Source: Cetorhinus maximus (taxonomy: Eukaryota). From it: DNA of 64,000 nucleotides. The DNA lies in assembly GCF_964194155.1 (NCBI RefSeq), contig NC_135882.1, positions 63,612,001 to 63,676,000 on the forward strand. The letters run 5' to 3'. Made by a program: the position numbers and the translations under genes. Below, piece after piece: positions 1 through 12,150 of the stretch. Positions within the stretch are counted from its first letter, which is position 1. Every line of letters begins with the position of its first letter. Under the pieces are notes generated by a model. The model worked only from the letters and a program-made list of their open reading frames with translations. It ran no database searches and was not told where the DNA came from.

Positions 1-1195
1 ACTATTTCATTGGAGTTTGTCTCTCCAAACATATCACTTAAAAATTACTCACATTGCAGGGAAAAATAATATGATTGCAGACGCTCTGTCCAGAGTTTAA
101 AACCACATAGGAACAACAACCCAAACCTTAACTGAACAGACCCAATAGTGTAAAATTGAAGATGTAAGGGTGTGTGTGAATGTATTTGCATGAGTTTTGT
201 TTACTTTTCTTATTATTATTATTTGTGCTTCTTCCCAGTCTTGTAGTGGAATGAGTGAATCTCATTTCATTCTGCGTGTGGCGGAGGTGTCATGAGGATG
301 TGCTCCTTTTAACGGTAAAGATACAATTTCTAATGCCTTTTTTCTCTGGCTGGATATCAATAAACTGTAATCCCATTAAGACAACGGAAAGACAGCCAGC
401 CATCAGAAAATACAACTTGCATTCCACCCTAGTGGGATGAAAAGAAACAGACTCTCAAACCCCCTGGGAAGTGTGAAAGATCCCATCTCCTGTTGACTTT
501 TACACTATTGCTCTTCAAACATTTATAAGATGAGACATCAAAAATGTAATTATCAGTTCTACTACACAATGACTACAGCAGACATGGCAATCAAATTCCT
601 CAGGAATATACAGCCAGCAAGGCTTTTTTTTTTAAATTAAAGAACTGTTTACTAAGCCAGAGAGAAAAGTTGGGAAAAATACGCTGAAAGGCTGCAAAGA
701 ACGGTATCTCTCAAAGAGTAACCATCCCGAGAAGAGAAAATCTACTGCAAATCAAGATCTTTGGGGGATAATATGTGGAAATCTGTTCCATACAGCTGCA
801 AGCAGGAAGACAACTGAACAAAATGGCTGCAAAGTGGAATTACAGCATTGAGACAAGCCAAAGGACAGTGAACCATATATTTCTTTGATTTTTTATTTTT
901 CTTCACAAACTGTAAAAAATATTTAAGTTTATCCTTGTATTCTGCCATCTGTACTAGTGTGTGTATGTAGGGTCCAAGAAATATGTGTGACATATGTGAT
1001 TTGCCTAGTTTTTTTTAAATTTTGGGAAATAGGATCAATAAACTTATGCTGCTCTTTGATTTAAACTTACAAAACCTGTTTGATTAATTGCCAAAGCACG
1101 TCCTCGCTAAATTCCTAACTAAACTCTGTTACAGCCAGACCTGGAGTGGTAAATTAGTGAAGTCAATTTTTACCCCTACTCACATGGTCATAACA
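1..1195 (+). mobile_element. 3' end of a Gypsy (Gmr1-like) LTR retrotransposon: RNase H terminus, PPT and 3' LTR (288-1195)
   Basis: 2-100 reads LFHWSLSLQTYHLKITHIAGKNNMIADALSRV* (Gypsy RNase H end motif N..ADALSR). A purine-rich tract precedes TGTCATGA at 288; the LTR ends TCATAACA at 1195 (inverted termini). Confidence 0.75.
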
Positions 1196-1949
1196 TTGTG
1201 AAATTATATTGAGTGGTTACTAGGACGTGGGCGACTATTAGCTTGCTTGCTGTAAGTTTCTCCCTCTCATTGTTGTTGAGTGAAAACTTCACTTAAAATC
1301 ATACTGAGAAAAATTGCAGACAAACTTATCTGGGGCAAATTTCTGAATGCATATGCCCCCACTTGTTGGAATCACAGATATTGGTCAATCATGAGCATGT
1401 TTCCCACAATGGTTCATCCATAAATTGTCATGGATGGCAAATTGTGGAGAACACAGCTGCTCATAGATAAAAAAAAATGCGCACTCGGGTGAGGAATGGT
1501 GCCAACATCCATGGAGGTGCCAGTGCTCTTTGAGGAGGAAAGAAAACTAGCAAAAAAAAACACTCTACTAAGCCCTAACCATGTTACAATGGGAAAGTGC
1601 CTATTCTCCCTTCAGCGCTTTCCTGTAGCAGCAAAGCAAACTGCAAAGATCCCTTTTAATTTATCCACTCACCCATTAAGGGAACACATCCATTTGTTCA
1701 GTGTTGTGAGGGAGCATAATTTCTCAGTCCAAACAGGCTATGAAATAGTTTGCTTTTCATCTGACAGGACTAACATTTATGAATTTGTAAGGATCTTCTT
1801 TTATTCTATAACAATTTTCATTCAATTTTATGATCAGAAAAGACAAGTATCAGAGATTATTGGGCAGATAGGTGGCAGATCAGATTCAATGTAAAGAAAT
1901 GCAAAATGTTTCACATGGGAGCAAAAAAAACCCACAAAAGGATTTTAAA

Positions 1950-2118
1950 AAATTAATTTGTGGAATACAGTGTCACTGACAAGGCTAGCATTAATTGTTC
2001 ACCTCTAATTGCCCTTGAGAAATGGTGATGAGCTGCCTTCTTGACAACTGAGTGGTTTGCTATGCCATTTCAGAGGACAGTTAAGAGTCAACCACATTGG
2101 GGTCAGGCTGGGTAATAA
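1950..2118 (-). mobile_element. SINE fragment with CR1-type 3' tail
   Basis: GGCTAGCATT...CTAATTGCCCTTGAG is the reverse complement of the LINE tail seen at 8640-8700, 10470-10540, 19400-19487 and 60002-60080. Confidence 0.6.
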
Positions 2119-2726
2119 CAGCAGATGTCATTTTCTACAGGATATTAGTGAACCAGATGGCCCACCCAGTGTGAAGTGCTCCTGGTAGTGCTGAGTGCTC
2201 CCTGTCAGGCGGTGGGGGGGTGGTTCCTGAGCCAGGGCCTGTGCTCTTTTGCGCATGCATGCGAAAGAGTGCAGAAATCTCCCTGAGGCATAGAGGAGCT
2301 TCAGGGAGATTAGTTTAAGTTTTCAAAACTTAAATAAAGAAAACATTTTAAGACATGTCTCCTCATGTGACAGTCTCACATGAGCTGGGAGATGTCAATG
2401 AACGTAAATGAAAAAATGTATTTAATTTATGAACCCTTGATGAAACCTCATCCTGCCCATGGATGAGGTTCCATGAAAAATGCAAAGGCTGCCTGGGCTT
2501 TTTGCCTGCCCACCAACCTTAAGGTTGGACGGGCAGCTCAGTTTATTACTTGAATTGTTACTTAAATTGGCTTAACGGGCCTTAAACAGTTCTGTGGGTG
2601 TCCGTTGAACTGAAAATCTAAATGATGTGCAGTGGCGTCGGGACGCCCACCCAATGTCGCTGCGCGTCATTTTGCACCTCGGCGAGTAGGCCCCGCCCCC
2701 ACTCGCTGAGCCGAAAATTCTGGCCC
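2119..2726 (-). mobile_element. Harbinger MITE (~680-bp family), left end missing
   Basis: Colinear with 49204-49880 and 57145-57826; right end AAAATTCTGGCCC followed by ATG; three internal hairpins. Confidence 0.85.
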
Positions 2727-2789
2727 ATGTCTCTGTATCATTAATCCAAACCTCTAGATTACCAGGTCAACAGCAGAACCATCAGAAAA

Positions 2790-3410
2790 TAATGTGCATG
2801 GAAAATGTAACAAATCAGGGAGTTATGACTGATAATAAATTGATGTTTTGCAATAAGGCTTGGTGGCAGTAAGTTAAGGAAATCAGAGAAATCAGATGTT
2901 GGGTTGTGTTAAAAGTCAATATTGAGCCCCAATAGTGAGGCAATCCCAGCTGCCACTTTATAAATCATTGTTGCGACAGCACTTAGGATACTGTGCACAG
3001 TTCTGGTCACCGCAGCGCATAAAGATATTGTAGCTATTAAATGGATGCAGAAAAGTGCAACCAGAATGTTTGACAGGATGGAGGCTAGGGATGATTAGGA
3101 GCACTTATGTAATTGAACAAATTCTCACTGGTAAAGGGAAAGTTGAGAGGTGATATGATTGCTGTTTATAGGATTATAAAGCAATTAGATAACATAAACC
3201 ATGTTAATCTATTTCTTTGCTTTCAGAACAGTGAAACCAGAGGACATGGCTTATACTGGAAGTTGGAGGATAAATTCAAAATGAATTTGCAGCATTTCCC
3301 TAAGCAAGTGGTCAATCTATGGAACAGTCTCTCTAGGAAGATGATGGAAACAGTTATTCATTTATATGCAAATTAGGTAGATTTCTTTTCAGAAAAAATA
3401 ACAGTTTGGT
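2790..3410 (+). mobile_element. Old CR1 LINE 3' fragment
   Basis: Degenerate RT C-terminal text (YKSL.RQHLGYC.QFWSP; LRGDMIAVYRII; TRGH). Confidence 0.7.
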
Positions 3411-3544
3411 ACATAGAGTACATGAGCAATTTGAAACATGACATGTAGTAAGTATAGCATACTTGGGAGAAACTGGTAAGCTTTTGAAACATTGGGTAGG
3501 ATTTTTGTTATGGGGTCAGGGCCCTGATGTCAGGGCCATTTCCA

Positions 3545-3660
3545 GGGCCGGAATTTTACAGCCCCATCCCAGCTGGAACAGGGCCATAAAATGCGGGGAG
3601 TCATTCTAAACTCCATTGACTTTGGCAGGACTGTAAAATCCCACCCCAGGTCCCAATCCC
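3545..3660. mobile_element. Short Harbinger-type MITE (same family as 31081-31205 and 55572-55688)
   Basis: GGGCCGGAATTTTACA left end; shared core CCATTGACTTTGGCAGGAC. Confidence 0.55.
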
Positions 3661-3696
3661 AACCGTGTTGGTGTCAGGCGCCCAGCGTAACTTTCA

Positions 3697-4568
3697 AGAA
3701 CAAAAACAACTGGGAAAACTCAGCAGGTCTGACAGCATCTGTGGAGAGGAAGACAGAGTTAACGTTTCGAGTAATTTTCAGGAAGATGGCCAACTTGTGG
3801 CCAGATGGCATGTTCACCATACAAGTCTCCCAAAACTGGAGGACCAAAAAGATGCCCTCCAGCACTGAAAGATTGGGAACCCTACCATCTGAGGTAGGTG
3901 CTGCTGAAATAGATAGGAGAGAGATGGCACCTCAAGATGGAGGTGCCCTCTGAAATAACTTCAAAAAGATAAAATAAAAAGTGAGCACAGCTGCCAGACC
4001 AGGATTGTGGAGGGGGTTCCCCTCTACATGGCGGTCTGTTGTCGTAACTGTGGTCCTATGACAAGTGTGGCTGTGGGTAAGAGGCTAATGTGCATGTTGA
4101 AGGACTTGTCACCCCCCCTGTCTGCCACTGGGAGACCGCCTCCATTCATTGTTCAGGTTATGGCCTCAGTGGCTTCAGCTGGGTCCCTCATGATGAGTGC
4201 AATATTCCAGTCATTGTCAAGAGAGCAGCCTTTATAGGTCCTTTCATTGGATTAAATGCTTAAATGGCTACCCGCCGCTTGCAAGCAAGAAGCCATCACC
4301 TCCGCACTCATCCCCACACACCCTGCCTGACCACCCTCCAAAGCAGCCTCTTTCAAAATGGCCCGGAGGTGGGAACATGTCGGCAAACTGGAATGATGGT
4401 CGGCAGTGGAAACCTGCTGTTCCACCCATCTCCAGTCTCACTTCTTCAGCTGAATGAAAATTTGGTCCATTAATCCTGTTTCTCTCTCCACAGATTCTGC
4501 CTGGCCTGAGTATTTCCAGCATTTCCTGTTTTTATTTTAGATTCCCAACATCGGCAGTATTTTGTTTT
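3697..4568. mobile_element. Inverted pair of Penelope-type pseudo-LTR repeats interrupted by a Harbinger-type MITE (~3769-4468)
   Basis: CTCAGCAGGTCTGACAGCATCTGTGGAGAG..CAGAGTTAACGTTTC at 3719-3768 and its reverse complement at 4470-4530. The insert ends are GAGTAATTTTCA and TGAAAATTTGGTCC. Confidence 0.6.
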
Positions 4569-4692
4569 TATAAATTGATATTATCTTTATCTCAGGCATG
4601 AGATAAAGAAAAGTGATTAACAGGAACGGTTTCTCTCAAATTTTTAATGTAAAAAAAATTCCCAAAATACACAATAACTTCAGAAAGGCACA

Positions 4693-5985
4693 GGGCAGAA
4701 TCATCCAGTCCCATTGATGGTGGGCTTCATGGCAGACATGAGTGGTCAATATGGCGAGAAGGCCAAAAATTGGTTTTACGCCATCGCGAAACCAGTTTGC
4801 GATCGCCGCTCCACCCATCAATGGCGGGCTGCATTTCCTGCCACTGCACTTCAGGAATCTAATTTCAATACCTTAGCATCTCATTATAAGGCCTGCTCAC
4901 CGGAATCAGCCCCCCACGCTGGATGATCTGGGATCACACCGATGTGTTTCCCAACTGTACATAAGCAACTGTACCTTGCGAGCTGCACTTCACTCGGGAC
5001 TTTGAAGTTTTTTTTGCCTACCTTGCTTCAGTCAGCACTCGTGGTCATCAGTGCCAGGCTTCACAGGCAGCACCACATCACTTTTAGGGGGGCTTATGGG
5101 CAGGTTTCTACTACCAGACCAGCCATAAGGAGGGGTTGGCTTTTCAATGGCTGCAGGGTGAGGGCTTGCTTGGGGAAAGGGTTGGAGTGGCCTCAGGCAA
5201 GGGAAGAAGCTGCAGGGCAAGGGCTCTACTGGGGAAGGGGGGTGTCCCAGGCAATGTATGGGTCACACATTGATCTGTGCAAGTGGCCTCAAGATGGTGA
5301 GGACTGAGTAGGTAGTCTCCAGGGCAGATGAGGCCAGATGGAGATGTGAGGGTGTGTGTGAGGGATTGAGTGGTGATGTCGCTTGAGCTGGCAGTGAGTG
5401 AGATGCCAGTGAATATTTGATGGCCTTGGGAGTGTGTGAGTTTAGAGTGATGTGATGGCTGACTTACCAGACAGCACAGGTGAGATCATTCATCCATTTT
5501 CTGAACTGGATGGCCAAACTCTTACATGCAGCATTGGCACTGACCACCTCTGCCACCACCTCCCAAACCAGAGTGGGTGAGACTGATGGGCCTGCTGTGG
5601 CCAGATCCAGGGCAGAAGACATCGTGGTAAGCCTCCACGGCATCCAGAAGGTGTCCCAGGCATGTGTCACTGAATCAGGGGGCTGCACCCTTCTTGGTTT
5701 TTGGAGCCATGTCTTCACCAGAGCAGTCCTGGGCTGCAAGCATTAAGAACTGTGCACGCGGCTGCAGTTTAAATATGACGCCGAGCGTGAGGAAGCGGCG
5801 AAGTAATGGCATGGCGGGCAAATTGGAGGCCGCCAGCCAATGAGACGGCATGTTTCCTGTGGCTGCATAATTAATGAGGCGAGAAGGGAATGATATGGTC
5901 CGAAAACCGCCATTGCAGCAGCGGATAAAACGTCTTTCTTCCCACCGGCTACCACCCTCAGAACAAATCTGGGATGATCCCTCCT
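4693..5985 (-). mobile_element. Non-autonomous Harbinger deletion derivative retaining exon 1 of the Myb/SANT gene (5710-5468)
   Basis: TIRs GGGCAGAATCATCCAG / CTGGGATGATCCCTCCT with ACA on both sides. Minus strand reads MAPKTKKGAAP*FSD...FRKWMNDL then GTAAGT. The left end is homologous to the reverse complement of 40080-40265. Confidence 0.8.
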
Positions 5986-6578
5986 ACAGTGAACAAAAGT
6001 GCAGGGGATTTGTTCCTAAAAAATGGAAAATGAAATTACAGAAGCCTTCAATTACTCACTGAGGCTGTTTAATAATGTCATTTTATTACGTGTACAAATT
6101 GCTCACCTGAAGTCAAACTGCCGCTGTCTAATCAAAATCCTGCTGCATTCACCCAGCTCCCAATATTTTTCACATTCACAGGACTGCATGGAATCTGTGT
6201 AGCTTGTGTAACAAGGATGGTTACATGAATTAGGTTTAAATATCATAACTGTTTATACATTCGCCACTAAACCATGACAATTATATTTACAATTTCAATA
6301 AAATAGAACTTAAATATTTTGCATGATTAGAAAAAGTAATTTCTAATTAACTTAATTCATTATGTCTAGTTACCATCATGTATTAGTGTTATATTGCTAA
6401 AACTTCTAATAGCATTTGTGTTTAATGATAAATTTGAATAGCATCTGCCATTTTAAGTCAATTCTGCATTTAAATCTGCTGCATATGCTGGGAGCTGTAG
6501 TCTGAATGTGCTCTTTTGAGATCCCTAATTGCGTAAATTTCTCAGTGCCTCCCTAACTACATTGCTGTAGTTCACTGA

Positions 6579-7719
6579 TGTAACAGTATACATTAATCCA
6601 GATTTTAAGAACTACTGTTAAAAATTAAAAGTCCCTTCAGTGTTTATTTTCAAAAGTGCAATTTCACTTTCTGTTCATCCAACTCTCAGGAAGATCAAAA
6701 CCTTATCCTCAGTTTCATGACACAGTACCTCCATGGTGGTATTATAAATCTTTAAAGACATCTTTTTAAAGACTACATTTTAAAAATAAATAAAATTGGA
6801 ACTTAAGATGGCTGCTCAGAGCTACAAGACTCTTCTTGTGGATTAAACCATTTTATCCCTGAAGAGGGCAAAGATGCCTTTTCTGATATTAACTCCCTGT
6901 GGTTTTGGCCAGGAGATAAACAAAACTCCATGGACACCTTCATTGTAAAAATGCAAATTTGCCTTGTCAAATCTAAAGGCTTTGGCCACCTAAAAAAGCC
7001 ACAGGCAGGAGAAGACATCAGACTGTTAACTGAATTACCACAATCCCTTATTTGGGACCATGACTCAACACTGATGTGAGGTCACATGATACAATGGCCA
7101 CCTTGGCTCCCTGCTAAAGATACAGTGGAAAATTCAAACTGCTTTTCAGAGACACAGTGAGAATTCCCTCAAAGAGAGGTATAGAGAGGGTCCAACAGGC
7201 AATGCCAATGACTGCTGCAGCCAGTTAAGAAGCAATATCTTAAAAGAGAAACTAGACCTCTCTCACTTCTCTAACCTATCCCATCTTCAGGCCTAACTGT
7301 GAAAACACCCTCCGGGCAGATCAATTCTAGAAACAATCATAACTATTTGAGAAGTCGCTGCATTTTCGAGACCTTCACTTCAGCTAAAGTAACAATTCAT
7401 TTACGAAACATCAAGCTTGACTGAAACAGAGACTGAGTTAAATTCCATTTTTATAATTACTGTTTTACCTTCAACTGTATCTAGTTTTTGTGTGTGTGAT
7501 GGTGTGGATGAGTCATGTGAGGGAGAAGTCACGTTTTCGTTTACGTCTAGGGCAAGTTTGAGAAACAAGCTAATCTTCATTTTTAAAATACAAAAGCTTG
7601 CTGGTGGATTATTTAAATTGACTCAGTCAGTCCGTGGGTAAGAAAATATACAGATCCACATACAAACATATTTGATCAAAGGCAATGGAAGGTAAGACCT
7701 TAAATTGTCTGTGGCATCA
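6579..7719 (+). mobile_element. Probable solo LTR
   Basis: Starts TGTAACA and ends in CA; internal layout (GTGT run, then AT-rich polyA-like block) resembles the LTR at 288-1195. No clear TSD. Confidence 0.35.
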
Positions 7720-8246
7720 GTCAGACTTTGCTTACATAGTTTAGGCATGTTTGAGATTTGAGAGCTTAGTTATTAATTATCTCAAGAAGCAACAATGTTA
7801 GTAGTGAAATAAGAAAATGTGACTAAGATTCTGCATAGTTCAGCTCTTATAAAGACACAAAACTAAAAGCCCTGTGAATTTATTACACTTGTAAGTTAAA
7901 AAGGGTTGTAATTGAGCATTTTCTGCAACTTTTACCACATTGAGGGTGCTGCACCTTTTTAAACAAGTTCAATTGGATTTGAAATGATTATAAGGTGAAT
8001 TAATAAGGACAAATGACCAAATGTGATAAACACCATGTTGTGTTGTGAATTCCTTTATTTTAGATGAATCAAAGAATCCTAGATGCTGAATTTGTCTCTT
8101 TTCTCATGTCCAAATTCAGGCAGGTTACCATTGGAAAAGGAGACTAATCAAGCAGTGAGATTTAGCATCATCTCTGCTACCTGACATGAATTTGCAATGA
8201 GTCCTCCAGTGAATTCTCCTTTTCCACTTGCCAGTTACAACAGGAT

Positions 8247-8705
8247 GTCAGCTTGACTCAGAGTAGTACTCTTGCCTTTGAGTCAGAAGGGCATGGATTG
8301 AAGCCACACACAAGGACCTGAGTACAGAATCTAGTTTGATGTTTCAGTACAGTCCTGAGAGAATGCTACAATGTTGAAGGTGGCGTCTTTCACAGAAGAC
8401 ATTAGCCAGTCCCACAATCTCTACCATCAAAAAGGACAAGAGCAGCAAGATCAAGTGAACACTGCCAGTTTCAAGGTCCCCTTCAAGACACACACCATTC
8501 TAACTTGGGCATTAACCACCATTTGTTCACCAGTACTGGGTCTAAATCCTGGAATTCCCTACATAATAATAAAACTATTGAGGGAGCACCATCAGTATGC
8601 GCAATGCCACAGTTCAAAGAAAAGGCTCAGTGCCACTTTTTCAGGGCAATTACGGATGGGAAGGAAATGTGACTTTGCCAGCGTTACCCATATTCCAATA
8701 CAAAA
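8247..8705 (+). mobile_element. tRNA-derived DeuSINE-like head (8247-8395) joined to a CR1-type 3' tail
   Basis: A/B-box-like GACTCAG...TGAGTCAGAAGG..GGATTGAAGCC and Deu-like CAGTACAGTCCTGAGAGAATGCT; tail CAGGGCAATTACGGATGGG. Confidence 0.55.
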
Positions 8706-8989
8706 AATCACAAATGTACATTTTTGTCTTTAGATATCTGACTCTTATTTTTATGTTCTGCAATTATTGTTGAAGGGATGAGTAACTTAAACCAATGGTA
8801 ATTTCCACTTCAAATTATTGACAGGCCTTGTGAACTAAGTTCTGGAATCGTGAGTTTTGAGAGACCATACAAAATAAAAACAAGAAGAATTAATGAATTA
8901 ACAGATCATTTTCAGCAATAAAATGAACTCTGGAATTATAGAAGACAAAATTAGGACCTTTTAAAATAAGGCTGAAGCATTTGCAACCA

Positions 8990-10541
8990 TCTTCAGCCAG
9001 AAGTGCCAAGTGGATGATCAGTCTCAGCCTCCTTCTGAGGTTTCCAACATTACAGATGCCAGTCTTTAGCCAATTCAATTCACTCCACATGATATGAAGA
9101 TACAGCAAAGGCAATAAGCCCTGACGATATTTCAGCTGTAGTACTGAAGACTTGTGCCCCAGGACTAGCTGTTCCCCTAGCCAAGCTGTTTCAGTCCAGC
9201 TACAACACTGTCATTCAACCAACAATGGAAAATTGCCCAGGTATGTCCTATCCACAAAAAGCGGGACAAATCCAATCTAATTACTGCCCCATCAATCTAC
9301 TCTCAAGCATCAGCAAAGTGATGAAAGGTATTGTCGACTGTCTATCAATTGACACATACACAGCAATAACCTGCTTGCCGATGCTCGGTTTGGGTTCTGC
9401 CAGGGCCATTTGGCTCCAGACCTCATTACAGCCTTGGTCCGAACATGGACAAATGAGCTGAATTCCAGAGGTGAGGTGAGAGTGACTGCCCTTGACATTG
9501 AGACAGCTTTTAACTAAGCATGAGAGTGTGGTGGAGGCAGATTCAATTGAGGCATTCAGAAGGGAATCAAACTGTTAACTGAAAAGGAAATATGTGCAGC
9601 GTTAAGGGGATAAGGCAGGGGAATAGCACTAGGTGGCTTGCCCATTCGGAGAGCCAGTGCAGACATGATGGGCTGAATGGCCTCCTTCTATGCTATAACA
9701 ATTCTGATATTCTGTGATCAAGGAGTCCTAGCAAAATTGATGTTAGTGAGAATCAAGGGGAAATCTCTCCACTGGTTGGAGTCAAAGGAAGATGATGTAA
9801 TTGTTGGAGGCCAACCATCTCAGCCCTAGGACACCCCTGCAGGAATTCCTCAGAGTAGTGTCCAAGGCCAAACCATCTTCAGCTGCTTTATCAATAACCT
9901 TCCCTCCATCATAAGGTCAGAAGTGGGTAAGTTCATTGATGATTGCACAGTATTTGATGCCATTCATTACTTTTCAGAGACTGTAGCAGTCCATGTCTAC
10001 ATGCAGCATGACCTGGGCAACATCAGGCTTAGGCTGATAAGTGGCAAGTAACAATCATACCACAGAAGTGCCAGGCAATGATCATCACCAAAAAGTGAGA
10101 ACCTAACCATCTGCTCACAACAATCAGCAGCATTATGTTGTTCAACCCTCCACCATCAATATCTTTGGAAACATTAGCAGCAGTGTGTACCATCTACAAG
10201 ATGCACTGCAGCAACTCACCAAATCTTTCGATACCTTCCAAACACGTGACCTTTAACACCTAGAAGAACCAGGGCAGCAGATGCATGGGAACACCACCAC
10301 CTGCAAGTTCCCCTCCAAACCACTCTCCATCCTGACTTGGAACTATATCATCGTTCCTTCACTGTCACTGGATCAAAATCCTGGAACTCCCTTCCTAACA
10401 GCAGTGTAGGTGTACCTGCACCAGATGGACTGTAACGGTTAAAGATGGCAGCTCACCGCCACCTTCTCAGGGGCAATTAGAGATGTACAACAAATGCTGA
10501 CCTTGCCAGCAATGCTCACATCACATGAAAGAACAAAAAAA
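8990..10541 (+). mobile_element. Degenerate CR1-clade LINE (RT to 3' tail) with a nested CR1 3' end at ~9520-9715
   Basis: NYCPINLLSSISKVM and ALDI.TAF motifs; FIDD remnant; A-rich tail at 10535. Confidence 0.8.
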
Positions 10542-11299
10542 ATTGAGGCAAAGTTAATTAATTACAGGCTAAAAGCTTTGATGAACACCCTTCTAGGTTA
10601 TGAGATGCTCAAAAGCTGTTTCAAAATTATCTTTCTATTATGCCAATAGTACCTGAAGCTTTTTTAGCAGATGTTACAGAAAGACATTTGAACCACAGAA
10701 AACAATTCATAATAATTTGACAACAGGGATTTTCCTTAGATAAGGTAACGATTTCCACTGGGAAGCTCAAATGACCCTGAAAGTAAAAGTGCAAATTAGG
10801 CACTGAATAACATCGATGGAATAAAAAGATCAGAGAAGAACTTAATGCATCTGGGTGTCATTTAGTTGCCTGATTATGGTTTTTTAATGCAATGAGAAGA
10901 TAATGAGCATATTCCCGTACACAGCATGATGAACAAGCACACAAAAAGCCGGTGGCGGCAGCTGTACATCTGCATTTTATCTTTGTGAGATCCATGAGTA
11001 GGCATAAGAACACATGCTATGAAGGATTAGTATAAAAATAGTCTTAATTCTGTGTTAAAGGGGATAGGGTAGGTAGGAAATCAGGTTCTAACATTCGTTA
11101 TTTACCAAGGATATTGCCATTTACTGTAACTCTCACAGTACAAACTCAGGTGTACATTTCGCTTCATGCAGTTCCTGTTCAGCCATAGGTCAATTTTCCA
11201 TCAATCTGCATGATAGATGGTGTTTAGTGTGTGGGAGAGACACACACACACATCTGCCTGGGGTAGTGTTCCCTTTTGAAACTGTTAAATCAGAAATGG

Positions 11300-12150
11300 T
11301 GTGAGTGATTTCCCTAGCTCGGCTGGCTAATCCAGCCCTTTGCTTTTCAGGCGGTGGAGAACGAGGTTTGAAATGAGCAGATAGAAAGGTCTTGTTGCTG
11401 AAGAGGAGAGTTTAAATGGCAATTACTCCCTCATGCTGCAGCGACAGTATCCTAGCAACCGCAGAGTCAGGGAGGCTATCATCAGATCAGCAGCTGCACA
11501 GGGACAAATAACAACAAAACACAACAACCGGGCACTTTCTGGTTTTTTTTTGGCTTAGGACAGCGAATAACGGGGGGGAGGGAAAATGTGAAGCTATCGA
11601 GATGATAACTGTTCACTTTCTCGACTTGCACAAGAAGATGGGGGGCGGCGGCCAGGCTTTGGCCGGGCTGTGCCTCGCCTGCCCGGGGCCAGTGAAGAGA
11701 CCGAGAGCGGCCGGGAGGGCCGGAGGTCGCCCGTGACAGGCCCATCCAGGTCTCCCCGATTGTGCCGAGCCGCGCCGCGCCGCCGGAGCCCTGAGAGTCT
11801 GTCCGGTAAGTGCGAGCCCGTCCCTTCTCTGCCCGGCCCGGGCCTCCATTTTGAAGCGAGTTTTAACTGTCAGCGACCCTCTGGTCAATCTTCTTTTCAT
11901 TGCCCCTGTTCCAAAGTTCATCGATTCCTTTCTGGATGTGACGGTTTAGGAATACAATAGTGTTCCTTCCTGAGAGGTGAGCGGTAAATCTCTTTTTCAT
12001 CGCGTAACTGCGTAAAAAAAAACGTGACAATCGACTTTTGGTGCTACCGTTGATTTTAATCATCGTTGACGGAATATTTACTGTTTTTTAAAAAAAACCG
12101 TTAAGTGAGAGGTTTTCATTTTTCGGGCACGTGCCAAACATTCTTTGCAA
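11300..12150 (+). promoter_or_regulatory. CpG island, probable promoter and non-coding first exon of the TMEM200 gene
   Basis: Only non-repeat CpG/GC-rich island in the window (core ~11640-11850). Strong donor CCG|GTAAGT (intron starts 11806), TATA-like TTTAAA ~11411 and RFX X-box-like GTATCCTAGCAAC at 11447-11459. The flanks are poor in recognisable repeats. Confidence 0.65.

Noticed and set aside
1496-1894. 132-aa ORF
   Set aside because: No splice context or recognisable homology; probably a chance ORF in old repeat-derived DNA.
8247-8320. tRNA-like A/B boxes
   Set aside because: Decayed SINE head; no complete cloverleaf.
11482-12063. GC-rich overlapping ORFs on both strands
   Set aside because: Expected stop-codon depletion in a CpG island; no recognisable domain.
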